Translations under genes and position numbers: made by a program
In this document: in pieces, positions 8,704-17,855 of the stretch
Layout of the letters: each line of letters begins with the position of its first letter
Position numbering within the stretch: position 1 is the stretch's first letter
Virus record (IMG/VR): IMGVR_UViG_2788500234_000002
Span: 4,410 to 68,409 of that record
Length of the DNA stretch: 64,000 nucleotides
Source: a virus
Lineage: Duplodnaviria; Caudoviricetes
Reading direction: 5' to 3' (one strand)
Notes under the pieces: model-generated
What the model was told of the DNA's origin: nothing
The model's input: the letters and a program-made list of their open reading frames with translations, nothing else
Databases searched by the model: none

Positions 8704-9489
8704 ATGGACGGTATTATCATTCAACAAGATGTGGTCTATAAGACCGAAAAGGGAACACCCGTGACCGATTCTTTGAAAGTCGCACAGGTGTTCGGCAAAC
8801 AGCATAAGAACATTATGCAAGCAATAAGAAACATCTTGGGGTCGGCTGAAAATTCAGCCCACCGCCGATGGTTTGCAGAATCAAGTTATTGTGATGCACA
8901 AGGCAAATCACGACCGATGTTCATAATGAACCGTGACGGATTTTCCTTGCTTGCAATGGGTTTGACGGGTGCAAAAGCAATGCAATTCAAGGTTGCATTC
9001 ATTGAGCAATTCAATGCGATGGAAAAGGTCGTGCGGCAAGTGACACAACCCACCGCCCCGGCGATACCCCAATCATTTGCGGAAGCATTACGCCTTGCAG
9101 CGGCACAGGCGGAACAAATCGAGCGGCAACAAAAGCAGATTGAAGCCGATGCGCCCCGTGTCCTATTCTCACAAGCGGTTGAAACCGCCAAACAATCCGT
9201 GCTTATCGGTGAACTTGCCAAGATAATATGCCAAAACGGTGTCCAGACGGGCGAAAAGCGGCTTTTCCAATGGATGCGTGATAACGGTTATTTGTGCCAA
9301 TATGGTGAAAGGTACAATCAACCGACCCAAAAGGCAATGGAAATGGGCTTGTTCGAGATAAAGAAAACAACCATTCAGAAGCCAAACGGCGACACTCTTA
9401 TATCCAACACGACCAAGGTAACGGGCAAGGGTCAAGTGTATTTCGTGAATAAGTTTTTGCATAACCATCAAAAGAACTTGCAGCCATGA
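8704..9489 (+). CDS. Phage antirepressor (Rha-like N-terminus, ANT/KilA-C C-terminus)
   Basis: TDSLKVAQVFGKQHKNI, MNRDGFSLLAMGLTG, PQSFAEALRLAA, IGELAKII..GEKRLFQWMR, TKVTGKGQVYF. Confidence 0.9.
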   Translation: MDGIIIQQDVVYKTEKGTPVTDSLKVAQVFGKQHKNIMQAIRNILGSAENSAHRRWFAESSYCDAQGKSRPMFIMNRDGFSLLAMGLTGAKAMQFKVAFIEQFNAMEKVVRQVTQPTAPAIPQSFAEALRLAAAQAEQIERQQKQIEADAPRVLFSQAVETAKQSVLIGELAKIICQNGVQTGEKRLFQWMRDNGYLCQYGERYNQPTQKAMEMGLFEIKKTTIQKPNGDTLISNTTKVTGKGQVYFVNKFLHNHQKNLQP

Positions 9490-10094
9490 GGATATACATT
9501 TCAGGAAAGATAAGCGGCTTGCCTTATAAGGAAGCCGAACAAAGGTTTGAAGATGCGGAAGCCTTATTGACGGAACTTGGCTTTGAAGTGATAAACCCGT
9601 TAAAGAATGGTCTTGCGACCCATGAAGAATGGATAAAGCATTTATGCAAGGATATTGAAATGCTGCATTCGTGTGATGCAATCTACATGATGGATAATTG
9701 GACTACTTCAACCGGGGCTTCAATAGAATTTGATTTTGCCAACCGCACGGGCAAGGATGTATTGTTTGAATCAAACATAATCATTCTAAATGATGAATAC
9801 AAGGCAATCTTGCGCATACAAAATGCAATCCATGAAGTGACAGGGTTACGCTTCAATCAATATATCACCAAGTCGCGCAAGCGTGACGGGGTGTTTGCCC
9901 GGATGATATTCGTGTATCATTGCCGCAAGCGAAAAATGAAGCTGACACAGATAGCCAAGTATGTTCGCCGTGACCATTCTTCGATGCTTCATTTATTGCG
10001 GAAGTATGATGATGATTTCAAGTACAATCCGCAATTCCGGGATATGGCGACAAGGGTAAACAATATATTGAATAAAACAAATGAAACCGCATAA
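9486..10094 (+). CDS. DUF4406-like domain fused to DnaA-C-terminal-like HTH
   Basis: RIYISGKISG..NPL..CDAIYMMDNW..STGASIE N-terminus; ARMIF..IAKYVRRDHSSMLH C-terminus. Confidence 0.7.
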   Translation: MRIYISGKISGLPYKEAEQRFEDAEALLTELGFEVINPLKNGLATHEEWIKHLCKDIEMLHSCDAIYMMDNWTTSTGASIEFDFANRTGKDVLFESNIIILNDEYKAILRIQNAIHEVTGLRFNQYITKSRKRDGVFARMIFVYHCRKRKMKLTQIAKYVRRDHSSMLHLLRKYDDDFKYNPQFRDMATRVNNILNKTNETA

Positions 10095-11163
10095 ATTCGA
10101 TTATCGTTGGACTTTGAAAGATGCCCACTTCACCAAAGACAAAGGGGCGGTCTTTTCATGTTTTGCTTGTGGGGGGGGGGGCAGTTCTATGGGTTACAAA
10201 CTTGCCGGGTTCGATGTAATCGGGTGCAATGAGATAGACCACCGCATGATGTACGCATATTGTCAGAACCACAACCCCAAGTTTCCTTTCCTTGAACCGA
10301 TACAGACATTCAAGGATAGAACGGATTTACCGCCCGAATTGTACAATCTTGACATTTTGGACGGGTCGCCGCCTTGTTCTACATTTTCGATGGCTGGTGT
10401 GAATTGCGGGCGTGAAAAAAGTTGGGGCAAAATGAAGAAGTTTAGAGAGGGGCAAGCCGAACAAGTTTTAGACACCTTGTTTTTCGACTTCATAGACCTT
10501 GCAAAGAAGCTGCAACCGAAAGTTGTTGTCGCGGAAAATGTCAAGGGGCTGTTGCTTGGTGAAGCCAAGGACTATGTAAGGCGGATATATGAGGGTTTCG
10601 AGGATGCCGGGTATTATTGCCAACATTGGCTTCTTGATGCACAAAGAATGGGTGTTCCTCAAAGGCGTGAACGGGTGTTCTTTGTATGCATGCGAAAGGA
10701 CATAGCAATGCCTTTCTTGTACCAAAAAAGCCTTTTCGAGGAAATGCCGAGACTGACACTTGACTTCAAGGAAAAGCCGATATTGTACGGGGAAATAATG
10801 GATGATGACATATCACATCCGATTCCGCCATCTTATAAACGATGCTGGGACAATCGAAAGCCGGACGATATGGCTTTGCGTGATGCGGCAATTCGGAATG
10901 AGGGTGTAGATAAGTTCTTTAATTGCACATTCGTAAAAGCCGATAAGATTGTTCCGACATTGACGGCAAAGCCGGAAGCAACAGTCGCGTATCACAAGCC
11001 AAGTTTCTTGTCAGACACGGAATGCGTGTTGACTTCTTCCTTTCCGATGGATTACGACTTTTGCGGACAAAGACCCAACTATGTTTGCGGAATGTCCGTG
11101 CCGCCGGTAATGATGGCACAAGTTGCCAATCAAATTTACAAACAGTGGTTATCGAAGATTTAA
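10081..11163 (+). CDS. C5 cytosine DNA methyltransferase with G11 tract in motif I
   Basis: FSCFACGGGGSSMG (motif I), GSPPCS (IV), ENVKG (VI), PQRRERVF (VIII), GMSVPP (X). Confidence 0.92.
   Translation: MKPHKFDYRWTLKDAHFTKDKGAVFSCFACGGGGSSMGYKLAGFDVIGCNEIDHRMMYAYCQNHNPKFPFLEPIQTFKDRTDLPPELYNLDILDGSPPCSTFSMAGVNCGREKSWGKMKKFREGQAEQVLDTLFFDFIDLAKKLQPKVVVAENVKGLLLGEAKDYVRRIYEGFEDAGYYCQHWLLDAQRMGVPQRRERVFFVCMRKDIAMPFLYQKSLFEEMPRLTLDFKEKPILYGEIMDDDISHPIPPSYKRCWDNRKPDDMALRDAAIRNEGVDKFFNCTFVKADKIVPTLTAKPEATVAYHKPSFLSDTECVLTSSFPMDYDFCGQRPNYVCGMSVPPVMMAQVANQIYKQWLSKI
10171..10181 (+). repeat. G11 homopolymer, candidate phase-variation tract
   Basis: 11 consecutive G in the methyltransferase 5' region; in frame in this sequence. 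Confidence 0.75.
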
Positions 11164-11170
11164 CAATAGT

Positions 11171-11187
11171 TGTTTTACTATGATACA
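11171..11187. promoter_or_regulatory. 17-bp operator-like palindrome copy 2 (TGTTTTACTATGATACA)
   Basis: Intergenic, immediately before ATG at 11191. Confidence 0.6.
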
Positions 11188-11190
11188 AAT

Positions 11191-11370
11191 ATGAACCCAC
11201 GACAATTTTTCAATAAGGTTGCGGAAATGCGCAAGGCGCAAAAGCAATACTTCAAGACCAGGAATTACAATGACCTGCAAAGAAGCAAACAACTTGAATC
11301 CGAAATCGACAATGAGATAAAAAGAGCATTGGAGGTTGAAAAGACAAAAGGACAAATGGAACTATTTTAA
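11191..11370 (+). CDS. Small hypothetical phage protein
   Basis: MNPRQFFNKVAEMRKAQKQYF; 59 aa. Confidence 0.65.
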   Translation: MNPRQFFNKVAEMRKAQKQYFKTRNYNDLQRSKQLESEIDNEIKRALEVEKTKGQMELF

Positions 11371-11382
11371 TGACAATAATTT

Positions 11383-11724
11383 ATGGAATTAGAAGAAATA
11401 AAAAGATTGCCTTTTGTGGTAAAAGCATATCAACATCTTTATCCAAATTATTCCACTTGTGGAATTTGTGGGTTGCCGTGGGCTGTATGCAAGCCGAAAT
11501 TCATTGAATTGGATGATTCGCAAGGTACATTTTCGGTGTGTGAACATTGTTGGAACAAGGCGACATTATCTGAATTGATGAGAGTTCATACGGCAACATA
11601 TATATGGCAATGTCATTCTATGACAAAAGAAGAAATAGCACAATTCATTAAAGAAAGACCGCTTGAATATGTCTTGAAGTGTGTAAGAGAAGAATATTTC
11701 AAACATAATAATCAAAAGCAATGA
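11383..11724 (+). CDS. Hypothetical protein with CxxC motifs
   Basis: 113 aa; CGIC and CEHC. Confidence 0.65.
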   Translation: MELEEIKRLPFVVKAYQHLYPNYSTCGICGLPWAVCKPKFIELDDSQGTFSVCEHCWNKATLSELMRVHTATYIWQCHSMTKEEIAQFIKERPLEYVLKCVREEYFKHNNQKQ

Positions 11725-12290
11725 AACTATTATTTTTTGACCTTGAAACGACCGGGACGAATCCCGAAAAGCACGGCATCCATCAGATTTCCGGTGAAAT
11801 CGTGATTGATGGCGTAATGAAAGAAGATTTCAATTTCTATGTACAGCCAGCCCCCGACAAAGAGATTGAGAACAAGGCATTGTCCATCGCTGGTATTACC
11901 CGTGAGGATTTGGCGAAATATCCGCCAATGAAAGATGTGTATGAATCATTTGTCGCGATGCTTGACAAGTATGTGGACAGGTTCAACAAGAAAGACAAAT
12001 TCTTCCTTGTTGGCTATAACAATGCTTCATTCGACAATCAGTTCTTGCGCAAGTTCTTTGAGGACAACAGGGACAAATATTTCGGCTCTTGGTTCTGGTC
12101 GAACACCATTGATGTGATGGTGCTTGCGTCCGCATACCTTGCGACACGCCGCCCCGACATGGAGAATTTCAAGTTATCAACGGTCGCCAAAACGCTTGGT
12201 GTTGATGTTGAAAGTGAATCATTGCACAATGCCTTGTATGACATTAACTTGACAAAGGCGGTGTTTGACATTGTAACTAACAAGCAATGA
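11721..12290 (+). CDS. DnaQ-like DEDDh 3'-5' exonuclease
   Basis: FFDLETTG, GYNNASFD, LHNALYD. Confidence 0.9.
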   Translation: MKLLFFDLETTGTNPEKHGIHQISGEIVIDGVMKEDFNFYVQPAPDKEIENKALSIAGITREDLAKYPPMKDVYESFVAMLDKYVDRFNKKDKFFLVGYNNASFDNQFLRKFFEDNRDKYFGSWFWSNTIDVMVLASAYLATRRPDMENFKLSTVAKTLGVDVESESLHNALYDINLTKAVFDIVTNKQ

Positions 12291-13039
12291 AAAATATAGA
12301 ACTATTCAACGACCATTTCCAAAACTTCAAAGTTTATGGAATCCCCAAGGCGCAACTAATCATTGCCGACCCGCCATATAACTTGGGCGTGAATGCTTAT
12401 GCAAGCAATCCGGCATGGTATGTTGATGGGGATAACAAAAACGGAGAATCGGAAAAGGCGGGAAAAGAGTTTTTCGACACGGATAAGGATTTTCGCCCGG
12501 CTGAATTTATGCACTTTTGTTCGCAAATGCTTATAAAAGAGCCTAAACAGCCGGGGAAAGCCCCTTGCATGATAGTTTTTTGTGAGTTTGAACAACAATT
12601 CAAATACATAGAACTTGGCAAGCGATATGGATTTAACCATTATATCAATCTTGTGTTCCGAAAGAACTTTTCCGCGCAAGTTCTGAAAGCGAACATGAAA
12701 ATCGTTGGCAATTGCGAATATGGGGTGTTGTTGTACCGTGACAAATTACCCAAATTCAATAATGATGGCAGGATGGTTTTTAATTGCTTTGATTGGATAA
12801 GGGATAGCGAAACGCCCAAAGTGCATCCGACACAAAAGCCCGTTCCATTGCTTGAACGGTTGATTCGCATATTCACAGACCCCGGCGATGTGGTTATTGA
12901 CCCTTGCGCCGGAAGTGGAACAACATTGTTGGCGGCGGCAAACCTACAAAGAAAGGGTTATGGATTTGAAATTAAGAAAGACTTTTACAAGGCGGCAAAA
13001 GAACAAGTCTTATCGCATTTCACGCCAAAATTGTTTTGA
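12287..13039 (+). CDS. Amino (N6A/N4C) DNA methyltransferase, beta class
   Basis: IADPPYN catalytic motif before HPTQKP and DPCAGSGTT SAM-binding motif. Confidence 0.9.
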   Translation: MKNIELFNDHFQNFKVYGIPKAQLIIADPPYNLGVNAYASNPAWYVDGDNKNGESEKAGKEFFDTDKDFRPAEFMHFCSQMLIKEPKQPGKAPCMIVFCEFEQQFKYIELGKRYGFNHYINLVFRKNFSAQVLKANMKIVGNCEYGVLLYRDKLPKFNNDGRMVFNCFDWIRDSETPKVHPTQKPVPLLERLIRIFTDPGDVVIDPCAGSGTTLLAAANLQRKGYGFEIKKDFYKAAKEQVLSHFTPKLF

Positions 13040-13071
13040 CCGGGTATTATTAACATATAAAACTTCAAGAA

Positions 13072-13617
13072 ATGACTTACAACGATTTGACCGAAAAAGT
13101 GCATTCCAATGCCGTAAAACACGGCTTTTGGGATGAAAAAAGAAGCAACGAACATTGTTTGATGCTTGTGATTACCGAAATCGCCGAAATGGTGGAAGCT
13201 GACCGCAAGCGTAACAAAGCAGGGGTCGGCGCAAAGCTGATTATCAAACAGGACATGGGGAAAGGCAAAGCATTTGAAGATGCGTTTGAAGCAATAGTAA
13301 AGAACACCGTTGAAGATGAAATGGCGGATGTCGCCATTCGCCTTTTCGACCTTGCCGGGGCATTGGGAATTGACTTCGAGAAAATGAAGCCTTGCCGATA
13401 TTACCGGGCATTCGACAAGTTCAGCTTTACCGAAAACGCATTTGCCTTGTGCAAGGGTCTTTCCCGTGACGTGATAGGCATTGAAAAGCGCATTCAATTC
13501 GGTATTGCGTATGTCAATGAATGGGCAAAGTCTTTGGATATAGACTTGTGGTGGCACATTATGCAAAAGATGCGCTACAACGAAAGCCGCCCAATCCGGC
13601 ATAACAAAGCGTATTGA
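13072..13617 (+). CDS. MazG-like nucleotide pyrophosphohydrolase-fold protein
   Basis: LMLVITEIAEMVEADRK and VEDEMADVAIRLFDL motifs; YNESRP tail. Confidence 0.6.
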   Translation: MTYNDLTEKVHSNAVKHGFWDEKRSNEHCLMLVITEIAEMVEADRKRNKAGVGAKLIIKQDMGKGKAFEDAFEAIVKNTVEDEMADVAIRLFDLAGALGIDFEKMKPCRYYRAFDKFSFTENAFALCKGLSRDVIGIEKRIQFGIAYVNEWAKSLDIDLWWHIMQKMRYNESRPIRHNKAY

Positions 13618-13682
13618 CAAGCAAATGCAATGCACTTGCATAACAAAAGGAATGTATTTGTATAACTTAAAAACAAACGTAT

Positions 13683-14087
13683 ATGTTTCAATGTGAAGTA
13701 ATTGGCAATATCGGGAATGATGCCGAAATCAAGGATTTCAGCGGCAAAAAGTATGTGTCATTCAATGTCGCCCATTCCGAAAGGAAAAAGGATGCCCAAG
13801 GGGTTGTGACAGAATCAACGGTGTGGGTGTCCGTCCTTTGGTATGGTGATGGCGGCGGTCTTACCCAATACTTGAAAAAGGGGTGCAAAGTGTTTGTCCG
13901 GGGGCGTTTGTCCTTGAAAACCTATCAAGATAAGCACGGCAACACGCAAATCGCCGTCAATGTCAATGCGAATGAAGTTACCTTGTGTGGTCTGAAAGGC
14001 GAAAGCCAACCGACAGGAGCAACGACACAGGCAGCACAAGCCCAACCGCAAGCATCCGACAATGCGGAAGATGATTTGCCATTCTAA
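13683..14087 (+). CDS. ssb: Single-stranded DNA-binding protein
   Basis: IGNIGNDAE, KGCKVFVRGRL, acidic C-terminal DDLPF. Confidence 0.92.
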   Translation: MFQCEVIGNIGNDAEIKDFSGKKYVSFNVAHSERKKDAQGVVTESTVWVSVLWYGDGGGLTQYLKKGCKVFVRGRLSLKTYQDKHGNTQIAVNVNANEVTLCGLKGESQPTGATTQAAQAQPQASDNAEDDLPF

Positions 14088-14098
14088 TTGCGTGCGAT

Positions 14099-14596
14099 AT
14101 GAGGTGCAAATATGATAACATCATTGCCATTGACCCCGACAAAGGAAAATCGGGCGTGGCGTTCCTCAAACCGACAACACGGCAATTGGAAGTGTCGAAC
14201 TTGGCTTTTCCGCAATTGATGGATTACTTGCAATTCTGCAAAAAGACAGGCATTGACAAAGGCGAAACATTGATTGTCGTTGTTGAAGCCGGATGGATGG
14301 TCAGGAAAAGCAATTTCCATGAAGCGCAAGGACACCGGGCGGAAAAAATCGCAAAGGATGTCGGGGCGAACCATGAAACAGGGCGCAAGATTATCGAAAT
14401 GTGCAAGCATTACGGAATCAACGTCTTGGAACACGCCCCGTTGGTCAAGTGTTGGAAAGGCAAAGACCGAAAGATTACCCAAGAAGAATTGGCTTCATTT
14501 ACAGGCTTGACCGGGCGCACCAACCAAGATGGGCGTGATGCGGCTTTGCTTGCATGGGTGTTTTCGGGCTTGCCTATCAAGGTAAAAGTTGGATAA
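14099..14596 (+). CDS. RuvC/RNase H-fold nuclease, possible Holliday junction resolvase
   Basis: IIAIDPD..SGVA, VVVEAGW, QDGRDAALLA. Confidence 0.55.
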   Translation: MRCKYDNIIAIDPDKGKSGVAFLKPTTRQLEVSNLAFPQLMDYLQFCKKTGIDKGETLIVVVEAGWMVRKSNFHEAQGHRAEKIAKDVGANHETGRKIIEMCKHYGINVLEHAPLVKCWKGKDRKITQEELASFTGLTGRTNQDGRDAALLAWVFSGLPIKVKVG

Positions 14597-14620
14597 CTTA
14601 TGCTTAACTTTTTTTGCAAA

Positions 14621-14645
14621 AGGGTGTGTTATAGTAACACACCCT
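14621..14645. promoter_or_regulatory. Operator copy 3: extended palindrome AGGGTGTGTTA-TAG-TAACACACCCT upstream of TAATTTTG -7 element (14647-14654)
   Basis: Perfect 11-bp arms; sits where the -33 box of the promoter for the packaging operon would be. Confidence 0.7.
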
Positions 14646-14685
14646 TTAATTTTGCAATTGCATTGCAAACTAAATTCAAAAGCAG

Positions 14686-15273
14686 ATGAAACCAATTGAT
14701 TTTCCGCAATCCACAAAGGTATTGCAAAAGCCGTCCACCATGTCAGACAATGAATGTTCATCATTGCACGTGTGGAATGACGGCAAACAATGTGTTTCTT
14801 GTTGGAAGCCGACTTTCAAGGAACGAATGAACATTTTATTCGGCGGTAAAGTGTGGCTTGGTGTCCTTTCGGGGAAAACACAACCGCCCGTCTTTGTTTC
14901 GGGCGAAATGGTCTTTGAAAAAGCCCCGTTAAAAGCCCGCATTTTGGCTTTTTGGGGAAAGGCAAAGGAAAGTATCATTCAAACATGGGAAAACCTTGCA
15001 GAAGCCGCCAAACAACCCGATAAACGGAAACATTTTTATGTCGGCTTTGCCATTGCGCTTGTTGTAGGTGTCTTGTTTGGGGCTTTGGTCGGTTTTGTAG
15101 CCGGAAGCCTTGCCGGAGCAATCAAAGAATGGTGGGATTCCAAAGGTCACGGCACGGTTGAATTGATGGACTTTATCTTCACCATGATTGGTGCGCTTTG
15201 CGGGGCTTTGGTAGCCTTGATTGTTTGTGTGTTGTTCAATATCCATTCCGTGTTGTCATGGCTACTAAAATAA
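14686..15273 (+). CDS. Hypothetical protein with C-terminal transmembrane segments
   Basis: 195 aa; hydrophobic C-terminal third. Confidence 0.7.
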   Translation: MKPIDFPQSTKVLQKPSTMSDNECSSLHVWNDGKQCVSCWKPTFKERMNILFGGKVWLGVLSGKTQPPVFVSGEMVFEKAPLKARILAFWGKAKESIIQTWENLAEAAKQPDKRKHFYVGFAIALVVGVLFGALVGFVAGSLAGAIKEWWDSKGHGTVELMDFIFTMIGALCGALVALIVCVLFNIHSVLSWLLK

Positions 15274-15812
15274 TCGAAGCGAGTATTGAAACCCTTATCC
15301 CGGACAATAAGAATTTCAACAAGGGAACGGAGTTTGGCGAACACCTGATGGATAAATCCTTACGGGAATTTGGGCTTGGTCGGTCAATCCTTATCGACAA
15401 GAACAACCGCATTATCGCTGGGAACAAGACAGCCGAAAAAGCCGCCGACATTGGTTTTGACAATGTTATCATTGTTGAAACTGACGGCAATTCACTTGTG
15501 GCGGTCAAGCGAAAGGATATTGACCTTGATTCGGCAAAGGGGCGTGAACTTGCCCTTGCGGACAACGCCACAAGCAAAGCGAACCTTTCCTTTGATACGG
15601 ACTTGATAATGCAAGAAGCTGAAAAGTTCGACTTTGACCCGGAAGATTGGGGCGTTGCATTGGATGCCCAAGAGGAAAACGAAGATGAAGAAGAAAGCCC
15701 CAAGAAAGTGATTGACACAAGATTGATTGTTGAATGTGGCGATGTCGCCAAATTGTCATTGCTATTCAACGAGTTGCAAGAAAGGGGCTTCAAATGCGAA
15801 TTGAAAGAATAA
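15258..15812 (+). CDS. ParB/Srx-like domain protein
   Basis: LIPDNKNFN..SLREFGLGRSILIDKNNRIIAGN..LALADN; start taken at MATKII. Confidence 0.7.
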   Translation: MATKIIEASIETLIPDNKNFNKGTEFGEHLMDKSLREFGLGRSILIDKNNRIIAGNKTAEKAADIGFDNVIIVETDGNSLVAVKRKDIDLDSAKGRELALADNATSKANLSFDTDLIMQEAEKFDFDPEDWGVALDAQEENEDEEESPKKVIDTRLIVECGDVAKLSLLFNELQERGFKCELKE

Positions 15813-15852
15813 AGTTATGAAAGTGACAAAATCAGACTAAAAAAGGCGTAAC

Positions 15853-16359
15853 ATGGCGAAATACGGTAAGAAAATAGTTGAAAAGATTGTCGGGCTTGTC
15901 AAGTCGGACACATTCACCATTGCCGAAATATGCCGCCAAGTGGGTATCACGCCCAAGACTTATCACCAATGGATTGATGATTATCCCGACTTTGCCGCCG
16001 CTATTGAGCAAGCAAAGGATGAGCGGATGCAATTCTTTGTGCAGGAAGCCAAGAAATCATTGTTGAAGAAGATACAAGGCTATGAAGTGACCGAAACAAA
16101 GGTTGTGACCATTCCAAGCAAGCAAAAGGATGAAAAGGGCAACCCAAAGCCGATAATCAAGGAGCAAACGACCACCAAGAAGCACATTCAGGCGGACACG
16201 GCGGCAATCATATTCACCCTTACCAATGGCGACCCGGAACATTGGCGCAACAGGCAGACAACGGAAGTCACGGGCAAAGATGGAAAGGATTTGTTCGCGG
16301 GCAAGTCGGATGAAGAATTGGATAATGAAATTGCGGAATTGCAACGGAAGTTAGAATAA
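15853..16359 (+). CDS. terS: Terminase small subunit
   Basis: N-terminal HTH (TIAEICRQVGITPKTYHQW), AKKSLLKKIQGY, AAIIFTL, overlaps TerL start. Confidence 0.75.
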   Translation: MAKYGKKIVEKIVGLVKSDTFTIAEICRQVGITPKTYHQWIDDYPDFAAAIEQAKDERMQFFVQEAKKSLLKKIQGYEVTETKVVTIPSKQKDEKGNPKPIIKEQTTTKKHIQADTAAIIFTLTNGDPEHWRNRQTTEVTGKDGKDLFAGKSDEELDNEIAELQRKLE

Positions 16360-17828
16360 TGGCGCAAAGGGCTGACAAGATACGGTATTGTAAGGCATTG
16401 AAAGAACGGCTTATTCGTGAAAGCCGTTCCGATTTGTTGCGTTTTACCCTTGCCACCATGCCCACATTCCGCCCGGCGGACTTTCACCGCCGATATTACA
16501 AGGTTCTGACAGACTTTGCGCAAGGCAAAATCCGCAAATTGATGGTGTTCATGCCGCCCCAACATGGTAAATCCGAGGGTTCAACAAGGCGTTTGCCCGC
16601 CTTTCTTCTTGGCAATGACCCTGAAAAACGGTTGGCGATTGTGTCTTACAATGCCCCCAAAGCAAGAAAGTTCAACCGTGAAATCCAAAGGATAATCGAC
16701 ACCCCCGAATACCACGAGATATTCCCGGAAACTAACCTTAATGCCGCCAATGTGACCACGATTGCCGGGTCTTGGTTGCGCAATGCGGATGAATGCGAGA
16801 TTGTAGGACACCGGGGCAGCTTCAAGACGGTTGGTGTCGGTGGTGCTTTGACAGGTGAACCCGTTGATATTCTTATCATGGATGATATTTACAAGGACGC
16901 AAAGACGGCATGGTCGCCCATTGTCCGTGAAAGTGTGTCGGATTGGTACGATACGGTTGCGGAAACCCGACTTCACAATGAATCCCAACAACTGATTGTC
17001 TTTACACGATGGCATGAAGATGATTTGGCGGGTACATTGTTACGGCAACAAGGCGTATATGACCCCAAAGATAACCCCGATGGGTGGGTTGTTGTCGTTT
17101 ACAAGGCTATCAAAGAGGGCAAGCCGACAGAGTATGACCCACGGAAAGAGGGTGAAGCACTTTGGGAAGAAAGACACAGCTTAAAGAAGCTGCAAGCGAT
17201 ACGCAAACGCAATCCCCAAGTGTTTGAATCCCTTTATCAACAAGACCCCCAACCCCGTGCCGGACTTATGTACGAAAGCGGCTTTGTTGAATACACCATT
17301 CGCCCGGCGACAAAGTATGTCAAGCGGAAATGTTATGTCGATACGGCGGACACGGGCGCAGATTATTTGTGCGCCATTGTCTATGATGAAACGGATGTTG
17401 CCAATTATGTTGTGGATGTGCTTTACACGACACGCCCGGTTGAGTACACAGAACCCGCACTTGCAAAGATGCTGACCAAACACGGCGTTGCCTTGTGCAT
17501 TGTCGAAGCGAACAACGGCGGTCGCCTTTTCAAGAACAATGTTGAAAAGCAATGCCGACTTATGGGCAACGGCAAAACGGCATTCACGGCATTTCACCAA
17601 ACCGAAAACAAAGATACGAGGATATACCAACATTCGGCAATGGTGCAGAACCTTACATTCATGCCGCAAGGCTGGAAAACCTTATTCCCTGAATTTGCCA
17701 AGGCGATATGCGGCTATTTGAAAGCCGGGCAAAATGAACATGATGATGCCCCGGACGCATTGACGGGAACAATCGAAAAAAGAGCAAACCACCGCAAATC
17801 GGATGTGGCGGGGCTTTTTGGATATTAA
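16359..17828 (+). CDS. terL: Terminase large subunit
   Basis: MPPQHGKS Walker A, ILIMDD Walker B, TRWHEDDL, VDTADTGADY, HDDAPDAL nuclease motifs. Confidence 0.95.
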   Translation: MAQRADKIRYCKALKERLIRESRSDLLRFTLATMPTFRPADFHRRYYKVLTDFAQGKIRKLMVFMPPQHGKSEGSTRRLPAFLLGNDPEKRLAIVSYNAPKARKFNREIQRIIDTPEYHEIFPETNLNAANVTTIAGSWLRNADECEIVGHRGSFKTVGVGGALTGEPVDILIMDDIYKDAKTAWSPIVRESVSDWYDTVAETRLHNESQQLIVFTRWHEDDLAGTLLRQQGVYDPKDNPDGWVVVVYKAIKEGKPTEYDPRKEGEALWEERHSLKKLQAIRKRNPQVFESLYQQDPQPRAGLMYESGFVEYTIRPATKYVKRKCYVDTADTGADYLCAIVYDETDVANYVVDVLYTTRPVEYTEPALAKMLTKHGVALCIVEANNGGRLFKNNVEKQCRLMGNGKTAFTAFHQTENKDTRIYQHSAMVQNLTFMPQGWKTLFPEFAKAICGYLKAGQNEHDDAPDALTGTIEKRANHRKSDVAGLFGY

Positions 17829-17830
17829 AG

Positions 17831-17847
17831 TGTTTCACTATAAAACA
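17831..17847. promoter_or_regulatory. 17-bp operator-like palindrome copy 4 (TGTTTCACTATAAAACA)
   Basis: In the 27-bp gap between terL and portal. Confidence 0.65.
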
Positions 17848-17855
17848 ATAAAGAT

